A DNA stretch of 36,430 bases from contig JAICWR010000004.1 in assembly GCA_025934715.1 (NCBI GenBank), forward strand, positions 1 through 36,430. The letters run 5' to 3'. This document shows, in pieces, positions 35,522 to 36,430 of this stretch. Within the stretch, counting starts at the first letter, position 1. The number at the start of each line of letters is the position of its first letter. The notes beneath the pieces are model-generated. The model worked only from the letters and a program-made list of their open reading frames with translations, did no database searches and was not told where the DNA came from. The stretch comes from Candidatus Saccharimonadota bacterium (GTDB taxonomy: Bacteria; Patescibacteriota; Saccharimonadia; Saccharimonadales; UBA10212). The translations under genes and the position numbers were made by a program.

Positions 35522-35893
35522 TTAACGAGTTTGTGGGTTGCCGCACAGAGTACTGTTATTGGTAGCTGTTGCTTGACCATCGGCACCGTTGCTATTTTGT
35601 GCATTTCCCGCGAGTGAGTTTCCAGAGCTGTCAGTAGCTCGGCCTGAAGTGCTGTTCCCGAAGTTAAAATCTTTCCCAAAAGCACCAAAAGCACCATGAC
35701 CTGCGCAGGGGGTGTTCATAGTAGCAGTGTCAAATCCTGGCTGAGTTCCATAAGCGGAGCCATCGCCAGCACTGCTGGCAAGAGCTGGGACGGCGAAACC
35801 GGCAACCATTACAACACTGGCGCCAACTCCTATTACGTATTTTTTAATACTCCTTTTGCCTCTTTGTACTTTTTGGCCATAGCGATATACCAT
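35522..35893 (-). CDS. Small secreted G/N/S-rich protein with C..HGAF..C motif
   Basis: Strong SD (AGGAGGTG), signal peptide ending VPALA, two Cys. Confidence 0.8.
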   Translation of the reverse strand: MVYRYGQKVQRGKRSIKKYVIGVGASVVMVAGFAVPALASSAGDGSAYGTQPGFDTATMNTPCAGHGAFGAFGKDFNFGNSTSGRATDSSGNSLAGNAQNSNGADGQATATNNSTLCGNPQTR

Positions 35894-35962
35894 AACACCT
35901 CCTAAAATTACTGTGTAATTTAATAATAATCCTCAAATCCGCACAGTAAAATTGCTTACGAT

Positions 35963-35990
35963 AAAAAAGAGCCCCATGGACGGGCTCTTT
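35963..35990 (-). terminator. Intrinsic terminator of 36009..36308
   Basis: AAAGAGCCC-catggac-GGGCTCTTT with a T-run on the minus strand. Confidence 0.8.
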
Positions 35991-36008
35991 AACTTTACAA
36001 ACGTTTAC

Positions 36009-36308
36009 CTAGGCCTGGCAATTAGTATGGGAGTTATTGCTTCCAGTAGCACCCGGATCCTGACCAACAGCACCGTCGTGGTAACCTGGCGTACCACCAG
36101 CTTGTCCTAAGAATCCGAAGTTACCGTTTACATTTGCGAAAGCACCGTGCGCTGATCCGCATGCAGAAGATTGATCTGATGCGGCGTGGCTAATGGCTGG
36201 AATAGCCACGGCAAAACCCATGCCGCTAACGGCCATTATTGCTGAGGCGGCAATTGCTACCTTTACCTTTATCTTTTTAATACCTTTTTCAAGGTCATAC
36301 TTTGCCAT
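36009..36308 (-). CDS. Small secreted G/N/S-rich protein with C..HGAF..C motif (paralogue)
   Basis: SD AAGGGAG, signal peptide ending ISHA, CGSAHGAF...ATGSNNSHTNC. Confidence 0.8.
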   Translation of the reverse strand: MAKYDLEKGIKKIKVKVAIAASAIMAVSGMGFAVAIPAISHAASDQSSACGSAHGAFANVNGNFGFLGQAGGTPGYHDGAVGQDPGATGSNNSHTNCQA

Positions 36309-36376
36309 TTGTTTTCTCCCTTTTTATTAACTTTTAAGGTAAGCATAAGCTGCTACAAGTTGGCTAAGCCGTCAAT

Positions 36377-36409
36377 AAAAATCAGCGCCCTTCGGGGCGC
36401 TGATTTTTT
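36377..36409. terminator. Bidirectional intrinsic terminator with cUUCGg loop
   Basis: AAAAATCAGCGCCC-TTCG-GGGCGCTGATTTTT. Confidence 0.8.
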
Positions 36410-36430
36410 GGAAGCTAGAATTGACTAGCG

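Noticed and set aside
35281-35905. Track ORFs 35281..35565, 35368..35697 and 35696..35905
   Set aside because: They cross a terminator or overlap the better-supported minus-strand genes 35265..35444 and 35522..35893.
32656-36308. RimK-like ATP-grasp enzyme plus small peptides as a graspetide RiPP cluster
   Set aside because: The peptides have Sec-type signals, lie 1.8 kb away on the opposite strand and lack repeated Thr/Ser/Lys-Asp/Glu core motifs.
1-36430. CRISPR array, rRNA, IS transposase, or UGA recoding (code 25)
   Set aside because: No regularly spaced repeats, rRNA-like tracts or transposase motifs were seen. Conserved genes are intact in code 11 and several end at TGA.

Overview
This window looks like chromosomal DNA from a Patescibacteria (CPR) genome, most likely Saccharibacteria-like. 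That assignment is an inference from gene content, the short AlaRS, standard-code stops and very short leaders. From left to right it holds: a partial fibre-like surface protein gene on the minus strand; a cluster of four paralogous secreted Cys-containing beta proteins with pilin/WxL-like C-termini, a DUF916/chaperone-like membrane protein and two PKD proteins; mnmA and alaS; an FtsA-like / baseplate-J-like / ruvX / mltG operon; a LysM-CHAP hydrolase; obgE, sbcB, uvrA, dedA, rplY, uvrC, a YvlD-like protein, secG and an orphan OppA-like protein; tRNA-Leu(TAA), tRNA-Cys(GCA) and tRNA-Gly(GCC); and an accessory tail. The most notable observations are (1) a 361-bp integrase-free GIY-YIG cassette at tRNA-Gly, bounded by an 18-bp duplication of the tRNA 3' end and REP-like inverted repeats; (2) a possible usher-less chaperone/pilin-like fibre system; (3) tandem small secreted C..HGAF..C peptides; (4) a probable AUU start with a structured leader on the LysM-CHAP gene; (5) covarying non-canonical tRNA elbow bases; and (6) loss of metal-binding cysteines in UvrC and UvrA. 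All family calls come from motif recognition by eye; no database search was run.
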